DNA of 63,999 bases, filler included, from Stramenopiles sp. TOSAG23-2 (taxonomy: Eukaryota), in the NCBI GenBank assembly GCA_900128395.1. It is 3 parts of 3 records of this genome, joined end to end, with 100 filler letters (N's around TTAATTAATTAA, not from the genome) between each part and the next. Parts side by side here need not be neighbours in the genome. Positions count along the whole stretch, not along the records: positions 1 to 23,540 come from LT649485.1; 2 more parts are not named here. The stretch is one strand, 5' to 3'. Position 1 is the stretch's first letter; each line of letters begins with the position of its first letter. The notes below the pieces were generated by a model that saw nothing but the letters and a program-made list of their open reading frames with translations, had not been told where the DNA came from and searched no databases. Shown here one piece after another: positions 1 to 9,904 of this stretch. Made by a program: the position numbers and the translations under genes.

Positions 1-55
1 TCCTGGATCCAACTTGAAAGCCATTCCTTTTCTTTTCGAAGATAATAGGTGTTTC
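1..55. repeat. Exact 55-bp inverted copy of 2560-2614
   Basis: The reverse complement of 1-55 (gaaacacctattatc...ggatccagga) equals 2560-2614; both encode KHLLSSKRKGMAFKLDPG. Confidence 0.95.
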
Positions 56-912
56 GAATGAGCCGGCATGACCAGGACACAACGCATTTCGATAGACTGC
101 CTGGGCGGAGCATCCGCCGGGGTGTTCACATCCTCAAAGGCAGAGTGCGCACAGGGCGCGTGCTCCTTGGCGTCCGAGTCGTAGCCAATGAAGACCAACA
201 GCTCCTCTCTGGTCAGCCCAGGGTAATAATAGAATTGCTGCCCCTCGCGCCGCGTCAAGCCAAGCCTCCCGACAACGCCGCCGCAACCGTCGCCGCTTTT
301 GATGGTGCGCTTGTCAGCGACGGCGAGAGGGCAGCGTCTCACCGGCTCATCGCTGGTGTTTCTCCAAGTGTTCAGTACTACCATACGACGCTCAGCGAGC
401 CGTTCGGCCGTTAGACCAGCCGCCTTCATCTGTGCGGGCACGTCGCTGCTATTGACAAACGACATCGCGAGCTTCTCCTCCATTGTCCACGACTGGTTGG
501 GTTCCTCCCCACTCAGGGCACACATATATGCCTCTTTCATGTTGCCGGTATAATCGTTGTGTACGTGGTAGAGCGGCTTGGACTCCTGCTTTTGCGAGCC
601 CTCGAGTCGGCTGACGTGAGGCCCACCCAGGAATATGTGTTCCGCACCCGTCAACTCCCTCAACACAGCGAACACCTCATCGTAATAGGTCGACGCCAGT
701 AACTCCTCGTTCAACCAGTCCGTGATGGAGCTTACATGCGACACCACCGTTAAGCCCGCGGAGCTAGGCAGCAAAATGTCGGCGTCCTGCGGCAGCAACC
801 GGGCGTTGTGAACCTCCAAGGTGTACGTGTCCTGCTCGTAGCACTCGAAAACGTTGGCCGGGTCGCAGCCCACCTTCAGCCGCCTGAAATTGAAGACGCC
901 AGTGGTTGCCAT
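1..912 (-). CDS. CmcJ/NvfI/AsaB-like Fe(II)/2-oxoglutarate oxygenase (no stop in window; not in ORF track)
   Basis: Manual translation from ATG at 912: MATTGVFNF...HVHNDYT...VVLNTWRN...PLAVAD...YYYPGLTREELLVFIGYDS...CAHSAFED...PRQSIEMR. Gives the HxD...H metal triad and the family's RxSIExR motif. Open for 304 codons to the window edge; visibly GC-rich. Confidence 0.85.
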   Translation of the reverse strand, partial: MATTGVFNFRRLKVGCDPANVFECYEQDTYTLEVHNARLLPQDADILLPSSAGLTVVSHVSSITDWLNEELLASTYYDEVFAVLRELTGAEHIFLGGPHVSRLEGSQKQESKPLYHVHNDYTGNMKEAYMCALSGEEPNQSWTMEEKLAMSFVNSSDVPAQMKAAGLTAERLAERRMVVLNTWRNTSDEPVRRCPLAVADKRTIKSGDGCGGVVGRLGLTRREGQQFYYYPGLTREELLVFIGYDSDAKEHAPCAHSAFEDVNTPADAPPRQSIEMRCVLVMPAHSKHLLSSKRKGMAFKLDPG

Positions 913-1209
913 TGGATACGTTACAGGTTTTTTTTTTGATGCTTCATTTGTTTTTTGTTCGTTTAATACTGACGCCATTTTTAAAACTTCGTGTTCGCTG
1001 CTGGACATATTGTCAATTTAAAAAAAAGAAGTTGGTTTTGAATATGCGTTTGTGATTTTTGTTAATATTTATTTATAACTTTTTAAAAAAGATTGTTTTA
1101 AAAATAGTTTTCGTATTTATTATGTTTCAAAAATATTATTTATTATGTGTGTAAATTGTAAATATAGAATAATACAAATAATACTGTGCTGGTGTGCTGA
1201 GTGTTCTAC

Positions 1210-1502
1210 GACACTATTTTCACCATTTCGTAGCGTGAACACAGCAGGAAAACGATAATTTTTTTGACACCCACTTTAAGCTTCTATAATAAAAATAATA
1301 AAGTATCTTTTTTGATTTTTTGTTGACTATGATTATGATGAGTTAGCTGGTTAGATTGATAATGATGATTGTTGATGATAGGCACATAGTAAAAAAAAGA
1401 ATAATAAGAACTATCACATGCTGTGCGTAAAAGCTTCTTGACACTATTTTCACCATTTCGTAGCATGAACACAGCAGCAAAACCATAATTTTTTTGACAC
1501 CC
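1210..1502. repeat. Diverged 63-bp direct repeat (1210-1272 and 1440-1502)
   Basis: gacactattttcaccatttcgtagcRtgaacacagcagSaaaacSataatttttttgacaccc occurs twice, with 3 mismatches and a 230-bp period. Confidence 0.9.
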
Positions 1503-1684
1503 GTAAAAGATAGCTGCCAATTAGCACTAAATCTATCCATCTATCCATAATAAAATAAAGTAAATGTAATGATGAGTAGGTCAATTTGTAATTATTATTA
1601 TTAATATAAGTTCAATAGCAGCTGCAACATCAAACAGTTCACAGCACATCATCATTCCATTTAACAACAGAGGAAACTAGAAGG

Positions 1685-2935
1685 ATGTCGTCTTTAAAAG
1701 AAGGTCAACTCTTTCAAGTAAGGAAAACAAAGTCATCAAAATTTTTTAGCCGTGCAGAGCTCGCAGACGCAGTGGAAAAATGGAACTTGTTGGCATATGA
1801 CTCCGACGAACTAATTGTTTTGTGTAAAAGGTCCACTTGCAGGAACCTAAGGTTTGTAAATAGATACCAAGGATGTTTCAAAGCACCCCATACTCGATGT
1901 AAAGGCGTCAAATATGTTAAAACAATTACTGAACGCTCATTGCTACGTCGCCTCCGTAGTTTTGACCATACAGTGAAAAAGACTGCGGAAATAGGAAAAC
2001 AAATTAGCTTTACGGACACCGTTATGGACGAAACCAACAAAAAGGAAAATGACTTTGGTTTGAAAGATCCCAAGGGAGATACAATTTACTTCAACAACTT
2101 AGATAATGTTGAGCAGCGAGAGCCGCAAGATGCAAAAACGAAAATAGTAGCTTTTTCATTTCTCCCGGCGTTTGTGTTTCTTTTTTATTATCATACACCT
2201 AGTAAGACCAGTAACGTTAACACCAGGTATCTTAAAGCTTGGAATCACACTGGTGTTTTGAAGGAGCGTGCTAGCGTGTCGTTTGATTGTTTGGTTCAAT
2301 TTGCATTTGGATTTTGTCTTTTGTTTTGTATTATGAAAATTAGATGGAAAAGATTACAACGTTGCTACTTCAAAACCATAAAGCGCCACTTTTATCGGTC
2401 GGCTGCGCAAAAGGCGGGTCATGTGCCCGTTTTCAAAAATAGAAAGGAAGAATTGGGATGTGTGCATCACAATACTAAACACAGTCAACAAGAGATTGTT
2501 CATATCAAAAACGCATATGCAGCTCTCGCTAGGCCAAATTTGACATACAGAACTGCCAAGAAACACCTATTATCTTCGAAAAGAAAAGGAATGGCTTTCA
2601 AGTTGGATCCAGGAGCCCTCTCGAGTGCTCGCTTGAAAAAAATTGAGGTCAACGAGTCTAATGGTGCAGCTCAGAAAACAGATATTAGTGTGTATGCTGA
2701 GATATATGATAAATGCGATGGTGACTTTGACAAAATTGCAGAAATGTTATCTAGTGGTAGAGATCATGTTGTGTGGAAAGATGGTATTAATAGTAGCTCT
2801 GCCACAGACGCGGAAGATTTTGCGATAAAAATATTGACCGGTGCCCTTTTGGCTTCCGATCGTAAAGGTGGTTCCCAAGCTGGCATTTTGACATTGGGCG
2901 CTAGCAAAGTATCCGAAGGTAAAAGCAAAAAGTAA
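1685..2935 (+). mobile_element. Degenerate or internally deleted Mutator (MULE)-like transposase ORF, 416 aa
   Basis: The N-terminus LKEGQLF...SRAELADAVEKW resembles a MuDR DNA-binding start. C-x4-C...H-T-x-C (CKRSTC...PHTRC) is a candidate WRKY/GCM-like Zn finger, and there is a later CxxH (GCVHH). No intact DDE core recognised. Confidence 0.4.
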
Positions 2936-3119
2936 TGTTTATATCGCATTATCTCGTCATCATGTTTTGGTTTGCTATATTTTGATATTTGATTTTTCTG
3001 TGCTCGATTAGGTTCCTCCAACTGGGGCACTGACTGGCGAGTGAGCAAAACTAATGTTTATACTTAAATCGAGCATTAATATTGTGAACGTCCCAAATCC
3101 TATGATATTACTGTTGCTC

Positions 3120-3343
3120 TCGTGATATGAATTTGACCTATGAATTATTGAGTAAAACGAGTCAATGATGTAGAGCAACGCCTTAAGATGAAAGCTATGA
3201 AACAAAATGCTGTTGTAAATAATAATAATAATCGTGATATGAATTTGACCTATGAATTATTGAGTAAAACGAGTCAATGATGTAGAGCAACGCCTTAAGA
3301 TGAAAGCTATGAAACAAAATGCTGTTGTAAATAATAATAATAA
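3120..3343. repeat. 112-bp tandem duplication with junction in an AAT microsatellite (probable assembly artefact)
   Basis: 3120-3231 = 3232-3343. Confidence 0.9.
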
Positions 3344-3770
3344 TAATAATAATAATAGTAAGAAGAAAAGTGCTGCATGTATGAAATGGGAAAAAGAATT
3401 TGAAGGAAAGACTGAGATTAACTTGTATAATAATAATATCACCGATGACGGAGCGAAACACATTGCCGAGGCGTTGAAAGAGAATAGGAGTTTGACTGTG
3501 ATTAACTTGTATGGAAATAATATCACCGATGACGGAGCGAAACATATTGCCGAGGCGTTGAAAGTGAATACTAGTTTGACATATATTAGCTTGAGGAATA
3601 ATAACATCACCGATGACGGAGCGAAACATATTGCCGAGGCGTTGAAAGTGAATACTAGTTTGACTATGATTAGCTTAGGTGAAAATAATATCACCGATGA
3701 CACAAAAAAATGGCTGAAAAAAGAATGCAAACGTGATGGATTAACAATTTATATATATAAATACGAATAG
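3300..3770 (+). CDS. RNI/NLRC3-type leucine-rich repeat protein (possibly a fragment)
   Basis: Near-identical 28-aa repeats of form LxxNNITDDGAKHIAEALKxNxSLTxIx. Confidence 0.8.
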   Translation: MKAMKQNAVVNNNNNNNNNSKKKSAACMKWEKEFEGKTEINLYNNNITDDGAKHIAEALKENRSLTVINLYGNNITDDGAKHIAEALKVNTSLTYISLRNNNITDDGAKHIAEALKVNTSLTMISLGENNITDDTKKWLKKECKRDGLTIYIYKYE

Positions 3771-4532
3771 TTAATTCTAATATTTGTTGAACGTATTAAT
3801 CGTCCGCTGTTGCTAAAAGCTTTTTTGAAATGTTTAAATAAAAATATTAAAATACGTAAAAAAAGTAATTATTAATAGTCTAATTCGGCATCGCTCCAAA
3901 ATCGTTCTAACGTAGGTTGTTTGTAAATTTCTCCATCTTTTTCTATATATCTTCTTTGTTATCGTTATTGAAAAAGACATAAAAATCTTCCACAAACTTA
4001 TTTATTTATTTTTAGTCCTGACTGAAATATGATATTATAACTATAATGATGGCAGGATGCTAACTGGCTAATGCAGAGATACAATCTAAATCTGGCTAGA
4101 TCAAGAATTAAAAATTTGCAAAATTGAATACCCTATAGCCGCTAGATAAAGAATATTATACGGAAAATTATATATAAGTCTAAAAATAAGTGGAAATCAA
4201 TATATAATAATAGAATTTAAAAAAATCTGTTTTTCTTCTTCTTTCTTTTTTTTTTGTAACTGTTTATAGTTTACTTTTACTTAACTTGATCACCTCCATT
4301 ATTATTGCCATTTGCTCGTAAACTTTGTACTAATGTATCCATCCCTTTCTTTAAATCAAGAATTGCTTTATCTCTTTTCTCAAATTCTACTGTTAATCTT
4401 TTAACTAAACTGGTAAAATACGAATCCAAAAATAATGCGTATTTTAAAAGCAGAAATGTATACGGTCATACAAATTTGGTCGTACAAATTTGTATATATT
4501 CATAAATTTGTTATATTTTGCCTTAATTACCA

Positions 4533-4714
4533 AGCTCTATTATCGACATTTTAATTATATAATCCAATTTTGGATAATTCATTTTCAAAAAAGAATTACC
4601 TTCCTGAAAAATTCTACCTTGATAGCTCTATTATCGACATTTTAATTATATAATCCAATTTTGGATAATTCATTTTCAAAAAAGAATTACCTTCCTGAAA
4701 AATTCTACCTTGAT
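4533..4714. repeat. 91-bp exact tandem duplication over the 3' end of the cyclophilin-domain gene
   Basis: 4533-4623 = 4624-4714. Collapsing it changes the C-terminus from IIELSR* to IIELGN* (or to a spliced form). Confidence 0.9.
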
Positions 4715-6938
4715 TTATGGTTTCCCCATATTGTCCGTAAAAAGAAGTGATAATATCAAATGATTTACGTGGCACGACTGCAAATGGTTGGAAATTCATT
4801 GCATCCAAACGTGCATTGTCCATTATATTGAAAAATACCTGTGTGCTTCTTGAATTTGGGCCATGCGCGGCAAAAGAAACCGTTCCTAATGAGTTTGATA
4901 TATGTGCTGGCGGATCATCAGAAATTGTTGAACCATATTGCTTTTGTATCTTTGGATCACCATTAATACCAAATTGAGCAACAAACCCTGGTAAGACGCG
5001 AAAAATAGCTACATTTTCGTAAAATCCAGCAGCAACTAAAGATAGAAATTGCGCAGCGCCTTGTGGACTCCATTTGGGTTTAACAGTCATTTGAAACGAA
5101 CCTTTTGTTGTTTCAACATGAACTGTAACATCACGAACAGCCATCTTATCAATGCTTGAATCTTCAGATTTTTTTACTGTACCTGTTGTAGTATCTTTGT
5201 TATCACTATTATTGTTGTTGTTGTTGTTGTCACTACTAGTATTATCATTCTTATTACCAATGTTATTATTATCATTATTTTCGTTGGCATTTTTATTGTT
5301 GTTGTTGTTGGCATTGTTATTATCTTGTTGCTTTTGCTTGTTTTTAGATGAATGACATAGTAATGTAACTATACCACCTTTATCTTTACAATCATTAGTA
5401 TCTTCTCCATCATGTGAATTCATTCCACTTATTCCTAACGCTATTTCTGATGGAGACACAGCATTACTATGACTTGGACCAGCAGCACCGCTTGCCGAAA
5501 TCGATGGTGGTTTATTGCCCCCATTGTTGTTGTTATTGCTGTTGCTGTTCCCGCTAGCGCCATCAGCATTACTTTTTACACTCTTGGCATCATTAGAAGA
5601 GGTTTTGTGATGAAACTTAGCTGGCAATATGCCCATTTCTGCTGCTACGCTATCACGAACTGGTGCCAGCAGCTGACGCCGTCTTTTAAATATATTTTGT
5701 GAAGAAAATTTATTTTTCTCCATCTCAAATTCATCATATTTCATTAAATCAACTTGTATAAAATGTGGATGATATACATCATTCAAACTGTCCAGCGCTT
5801 TTATACCATTCAATGTATTTGTATTAAATGAAAATACAATATAGCGATCATCACCACCAGGTGCATATTCTGGATGCGATTTGGAGGCGTAGCTGATTAA
5901 TCCCTCGGTTTTGTTCAAATACTTCTTCGATATGTTGTAGAACGTACTAACTTTCCAGTTGTTTTTATAAATTGATTTAGAGTTTGATAATGCAATATGT
6001 ACAATAGGATCCAATGCTTGACAAAGCAAAATGTACCATGAGTTTAAAAATGTATTGTAAACTAAATTTCCTTCTGAAAAATCAGATGGAAATAACATTT
6101 TCAAATTTACAATTTCAAAATCGGTAGTCCATGTATCATTAACAGAAAAATATTCAAACAAGTTACTATTATTAAACGATGAAAAATGCAATAAATCTTT
6201 CTTATGAATTCTTGATAAAGCAGCCCCGCTACGTGTAGTAGACCAGGTACATTTGCCAAAGATATATACATATTGATTCTTATCACTACTTCTATTTGGT
6301 ACGATTGCTTCGCCATCTTCATTTGCAAGTGCGATACCTTCGTTCCAAGTGCAATTGCTATCTTCCTTGCTGTTCGGTATACTTTGTGAACGATACAACC
6401 ACTCTGTAGGTGGGGGTATAAAGGAGTGTTGAAAATTATCGACAATAATAACATCTGTACTAACTTGCTTAAATCCAATTGACGAATTGGATGCTTCAAT
6501 TTTCATACTAAGGAAAAATAGTTTCTCAATGAACAACCCTGCTACTACCCAGTAGTAAGCTGATGAAGGCGTGGATGTTGTATTAGGTGGCTTTAAAAAT
6601 CCATTTGTTTTTTTTGGAATAAAATTATTGATTGTATTACGTTCAACGTTTACAATAGAAAATGAATCATGCATCATTTTTTGGATATTTCTATGTCCAT
6701 TAGGTGTGATATTACCGACTAAAGTATCGCCCCATACCCAGAGAAAATTATGATTAAGTAATGGAATAGATAGCGCTACATCTCCACCAAGCCATGGTGT
6801 ACGTGGTTGAAAAAATACATTTAAATCCTCCCTTTCAATAATTCCGTTATCATACTTATCTGCAATTGATATTACAACATCATATTTTAAAAAAATGATG
6901 AGTAAAATAGTATAAAAACCAGCTTGCATAGTCATCAT
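4614..6938 (-). CDS. Secreted protein: DUF4185/DUF5005-like beta-propeller + Asn-rich linker + cyclophilin-type PPIase
   Basis: First ATG at 6938 (the track start is TTG), then a hydrophobic signal. WLGGDVALSIPL..WVWGDTLVG and YASKSHPE mark the N-terminal domain. C-terminal FRVLPGFVAQFGING..DDP..SNSLGTVSFAAHGPNSRSTQVFFN is a cyclophilin signature. Confidence 0.8.
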   Translation of the reverse strand: MMTMQAGFYTILLIIFLKYDVVISIADKYDNGIIEREDLNVFFQPRTPWLGGDVALSIPLLNHNFLWVWGDTLVGNITPNGHRNIQKMMHDSFSIVNVERNTINNFIPKKTNGFLKPPNTTSTPSSAYYWVVAGLFIEKLFFLSMKIEASNSSIGFKQVSTDVIIVDNFQHSFIPPPTEWLYRSQSIPNSKEDSNCTWNEGIALANEDGEAIVPNRSSDKNQYVYIFGKCTWSTTRSGAALSRIHKKDLLHFSSFNNSNLFEYFSVNDTWTTDFEIVNLKMLFPSDFSEGNLVYNTFLNSWYILLCQALDPIVHIALSNSKSIYKNNWKVSTFYNISKKYLNKTEGLISYASKSHPEYAPGGDDRYIVFSFNTNTLNGIKALDSLNDVYHPHFIQVDLMKYDEFEMEKNKFSSQNIFKRRRQLLAPVRDSVAAEMGILPAKFHHKTSSNDAKSVKSNADGASGNSNSNNNNNGGNKPPSISASGAAGPSHSNAVSPSEIALGISGMNSHDGEDTNDCKDKGGIVTLLCHSSKNKQKQQDNNNANNNNNKNANENNDNNNIGNKNDNTSSDNNNNNNNSDNKDTTTGTVKKSEDSSIDKMAVRDVTVHVETTKGSFQMTVKPKWSPQGAAQFLSLVAAGFYENVAIFRVLPGFVAQFGINGDPKIQKQYGSTISDDPPAHISNSLGTVSFAAHGPNSRSTQVFFNIMDNARLDAMNFQPFAVVPRKSFDIITSFYGQYGETINQGRIFQEGNSFLKMNYPKLDYIIKMSIIELSR

Positions 6939-7386
6939 CGATATAAACGCGCCTGCCTTTTTATATTTCAATTACACTCTGTTTAATGTATATATGCATA
7001 TATATTATCAATGTTTATGATAGGATTAAGATATATATTTGCACATTTGTCAAACATACATATGTATACATACACAACAACAACAACAAATAGAAAGTTG
7101 TAAATATAATAAATAAAAAAAATAATAATAATAAATAAATAACTAACAACAAACAACAACAACAAGCACAACAACAATAATACCAGGTACAGAGAGGATC
7201 CTCTCTGGTGCTGGTGCGTGGTGCTGCCGCCTGGCATGCCCAGAATGCCCAGCATGCCTGTGGCATTCTTAGACTAAGAACTGGCATACTGTACTTAATC
7301 AAAACAACTATAATAGTATACTTATGATGGTATTATGGCAGCAAATTGTCCAATCCTGGCAATTGCCTGGCCAGCTGGCACAATTG

Positions 7387-9210
7387 TCATCCTTTCTCAC
7401 ATGAAAAATCACCTAAACGATAATGGTATTTCATTTCCAAACGACCTTTTTTATATATTTTAATACGTTTCATTTCGTCATACGAACCCGCACTTGCAAT
7501 TTCATCATCTAGACAAGCATGAAAATACTCAACACGGATTTTATCAGGCATTGCATTCCCTTTTTCAACCCATTTGCGGCAAACATATTGAATGGACATT
7601 TTCCATGCCGGTGGTATAGTTTCATCGTCTTCGAATTTGAAAATCATATCTGACCAAAATCGTCTCCATCTAAACGTCGGATAGATAATACCAGGCCTTA
7701 CATACGTCACAGCATCATTCCTCTCCCCTTCCCCCGCAGCGTGATGATTATGAAGAGGGCTGTTGCCATATACGGTTTCAAAATCATCCAATGGCCATGG
7801 AGCAACGGTTTTATTGCCAACGAAAACATCTTGAAATAAATCTATGTTTGTATTATAGTGCGTTTTTCTATTTTCTGTTTTTCCTGGGTAAAACCTAAGC
7901 CATTCCCTTCCACAATTTCCCGGGCTGTTGAAGACAGACCAATATTGCGAAAGGGAAAAGAATTTCAAGCCTTCACTATAATCTGTTCCTTCATCAAATG
8001 CATCTACATAATCACCATAATACAAAAGATTATCTCTAATAGAAATAATTTGAGTTTGAATTAGTTTTGGTATTGTTATGTAATTGCTAATAGGCTTTAT
8101 GATTGGATTTAATGGTTCCCATGTAATCGAAGATGAGTCGCGTATCATAGGCCCTTGCACAATAATTATATGTATAAGAAATAAAAGGGATAAGCATTTA
8201 TCAATGTACATTGCTATACATTTTCTTGAACATGTGGAGTCCATCACTACCTCGCCCTCTTTCGTATCATTCTCTTCTACTTCCTCTTCCTCCGCCACCT
8301 CCTTATCACTAATTACATATAATTCATTTGGTAAAAAGCCAACAACGGCACATATAACAGAATATGGAAATGTTCCAACCATCAAACCAGTTTGAAGACC
8401 AAGCAATAAAAAAATATACAAAAATATAGTAACAGTTCGGAAAAATGAATATTTAAAAGGCATGCATAAACATATGCATAAACGTCCTTCAATCCATATC
8501 GTAAATTTTGACAAAATGACTGATAAATATGGGTAAAGATGAATGATATGTAACATTACTGCGCCACCAGTTGTTCCAAAATTACGATTTGATAAAGTTA
8601 AATAGACTGCATTGCCAGTTTCCCATGATTCTCCATTTTTTGTAACACCTAATAAAATCCAAACAATATAAAATTGAATGCTGTATAAATAATTTATCGC
8701 GGAACACCGAAAAAAAATATAATTACTCTGCTTCTTTTTTTTTCCTACCATCGTCAAAGTACTATTCATACTACCATCAACACTGTATTGTTCTCCCCAT
8801 TGCAACCCCAGAGTACCAAACATAAGGATAAGTTGTGCAACATTGTCTCCACGATGAAATAGCAGTCGATTACGTGCAAGTAATGAAGTAAATAAAATAT
8901 AATTAATACAAGACATTATTCTCGTGTGATATCCAATCAGCAAACATATCGAGAAAAACAAATGGACCAACGAGAGATAAAATTGATAGTTTGCACCGCC
9001 GTACCAGAAATGGGGTAGGGATGGACTTAGAATTTCAATTAAAGGATTCCTTTGATAAACCAGTTCCCGACTTAACGTACCTGTGTCGCTCAAAAACGCT
9101 TCACAAAAATACATTTTCTCTGTAATATCTTTTATTAAAAATAGTGAAATTAGTATTCGTGTTAAAGCTAAACTTCGAATATCTTGCCCAAATATTGTTG
9201 ACAAAGGCAT
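7387..9210 (-). CDS. HTTM-domain (vitamin K-dependent carboxylase-like) multipass membrane protein
   Basis: DIRSLALTRI, SDTGTLSR, LLIGYHTR, RNRLLFHRGD, WGEQYSVD and KNGESWETGNAV motifs, with several TM helices. Confidence 0.8.
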   Translation of the reverse strand: MPLSTIFGQDIRSLALTRILISLFLIKDITEKMYFCEAFLSDTGTLSRELVYQRNPLIEILSPSLPHFWYGGANYQFYLSLVHLFFSICLLIGYHTRIMSCINYILFTSLLARNRLLFHRGDNVAQLILMFGTLGLQWGEQYSVDGSMNSTLTMVGKKKKQSNYIFFRCSAINYLYSIQFYIVWILLGVTKNGESWETGNAVYLTLSNRNFGTTGGAVMLHIIHLYPYLSVILSKFTIWIEGRLCICLCMPFKYSFFRTVTIFLYIFLLLGLQTGLMVGTFPYSVICAVVGFLPNELYVISDKEVAEEEEVEENDTKEGEVVMDSTCSRKCIAMYIDKCLSLLFLIHIIIVQGPMIRDSSSITWEPLNPIIKPISNYITIPKLIQTQIISIRDNLLYYGDYVDAFDEGTDYSEGLKFFSLSQYWSVFNSPGNCGREWLRFYPGKTENRKTHYNTNIDLFQDVFVGNKTVAPWPLDDFETVYGNSPLHNHHAAGEGERNDAVTYVRPGIIYPTFRWRRFWSDMIFKFEDDETIPPAWKMSIQYVCRKWVEKGNAMPDKIRVEYFHACLDDEIASAGSYDEMKRIKIYKKGRLEMKYHYRLGDFSCEKG

Positions 9211-9904
9211 GTTATTTTTATATAAAAAAAGTAATTAAACTGCACAAACAAAACTTAAAAAATACTAAGTACAACAAGAATTCTACAATAAATACGAGTA
9301 CTACACTCAAAAAAATATATTATACCAAAATATGTAGTAAACAATAATATATATATACTGTTTTACATCCTACATATTATAGAATTTGCTAATCTAAATA
9401 AATCTTCGTCTGTGTCGTCAGACTCTTTCTCGAAAGAAACTGACTTATATAATAAATCGACAATTTATTATATATAGATGATTATTATTTTTTTTACAGC
9501 ATGCAGAGGAGAGATTTTTTATAATGATGATCTGGCCCAAAGAGATTTTTCTATGTTCAAATTAAGGTTTTTATCTAAAATAGCAATTTTAAAGTTAGTC
9601 TGCGTCGTCAGACTCTTTCGATTTTAAACAAAAAGATATTCTTTTTGTTTTAAAGTATCAGTATCAAGTAGAAATTATATTCATTTGATACGGGTTGTAT
9701 AAGTACATTAAGTAACGAAAGGTATAACAACTATTTAATATTATCCAAACAAAAGATAAATATGATAGGTATGGTGCTATGAATAAATTACACACCCCCA
9801 CCTAAAATTAATGTGGAACATTTTTCAATTTGGTAAAAATCCTATCAATGTATTTTTTCACAACAGCATCATTGGAATTTTCTTTCATATCATTCATAAG
9901 GTCT

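Noticed and set aside
49-553. Plus-strand ORFs 49-414 and 299-553
   Set aside because: Antisense shadows of the GC-rich oxygenase gene.
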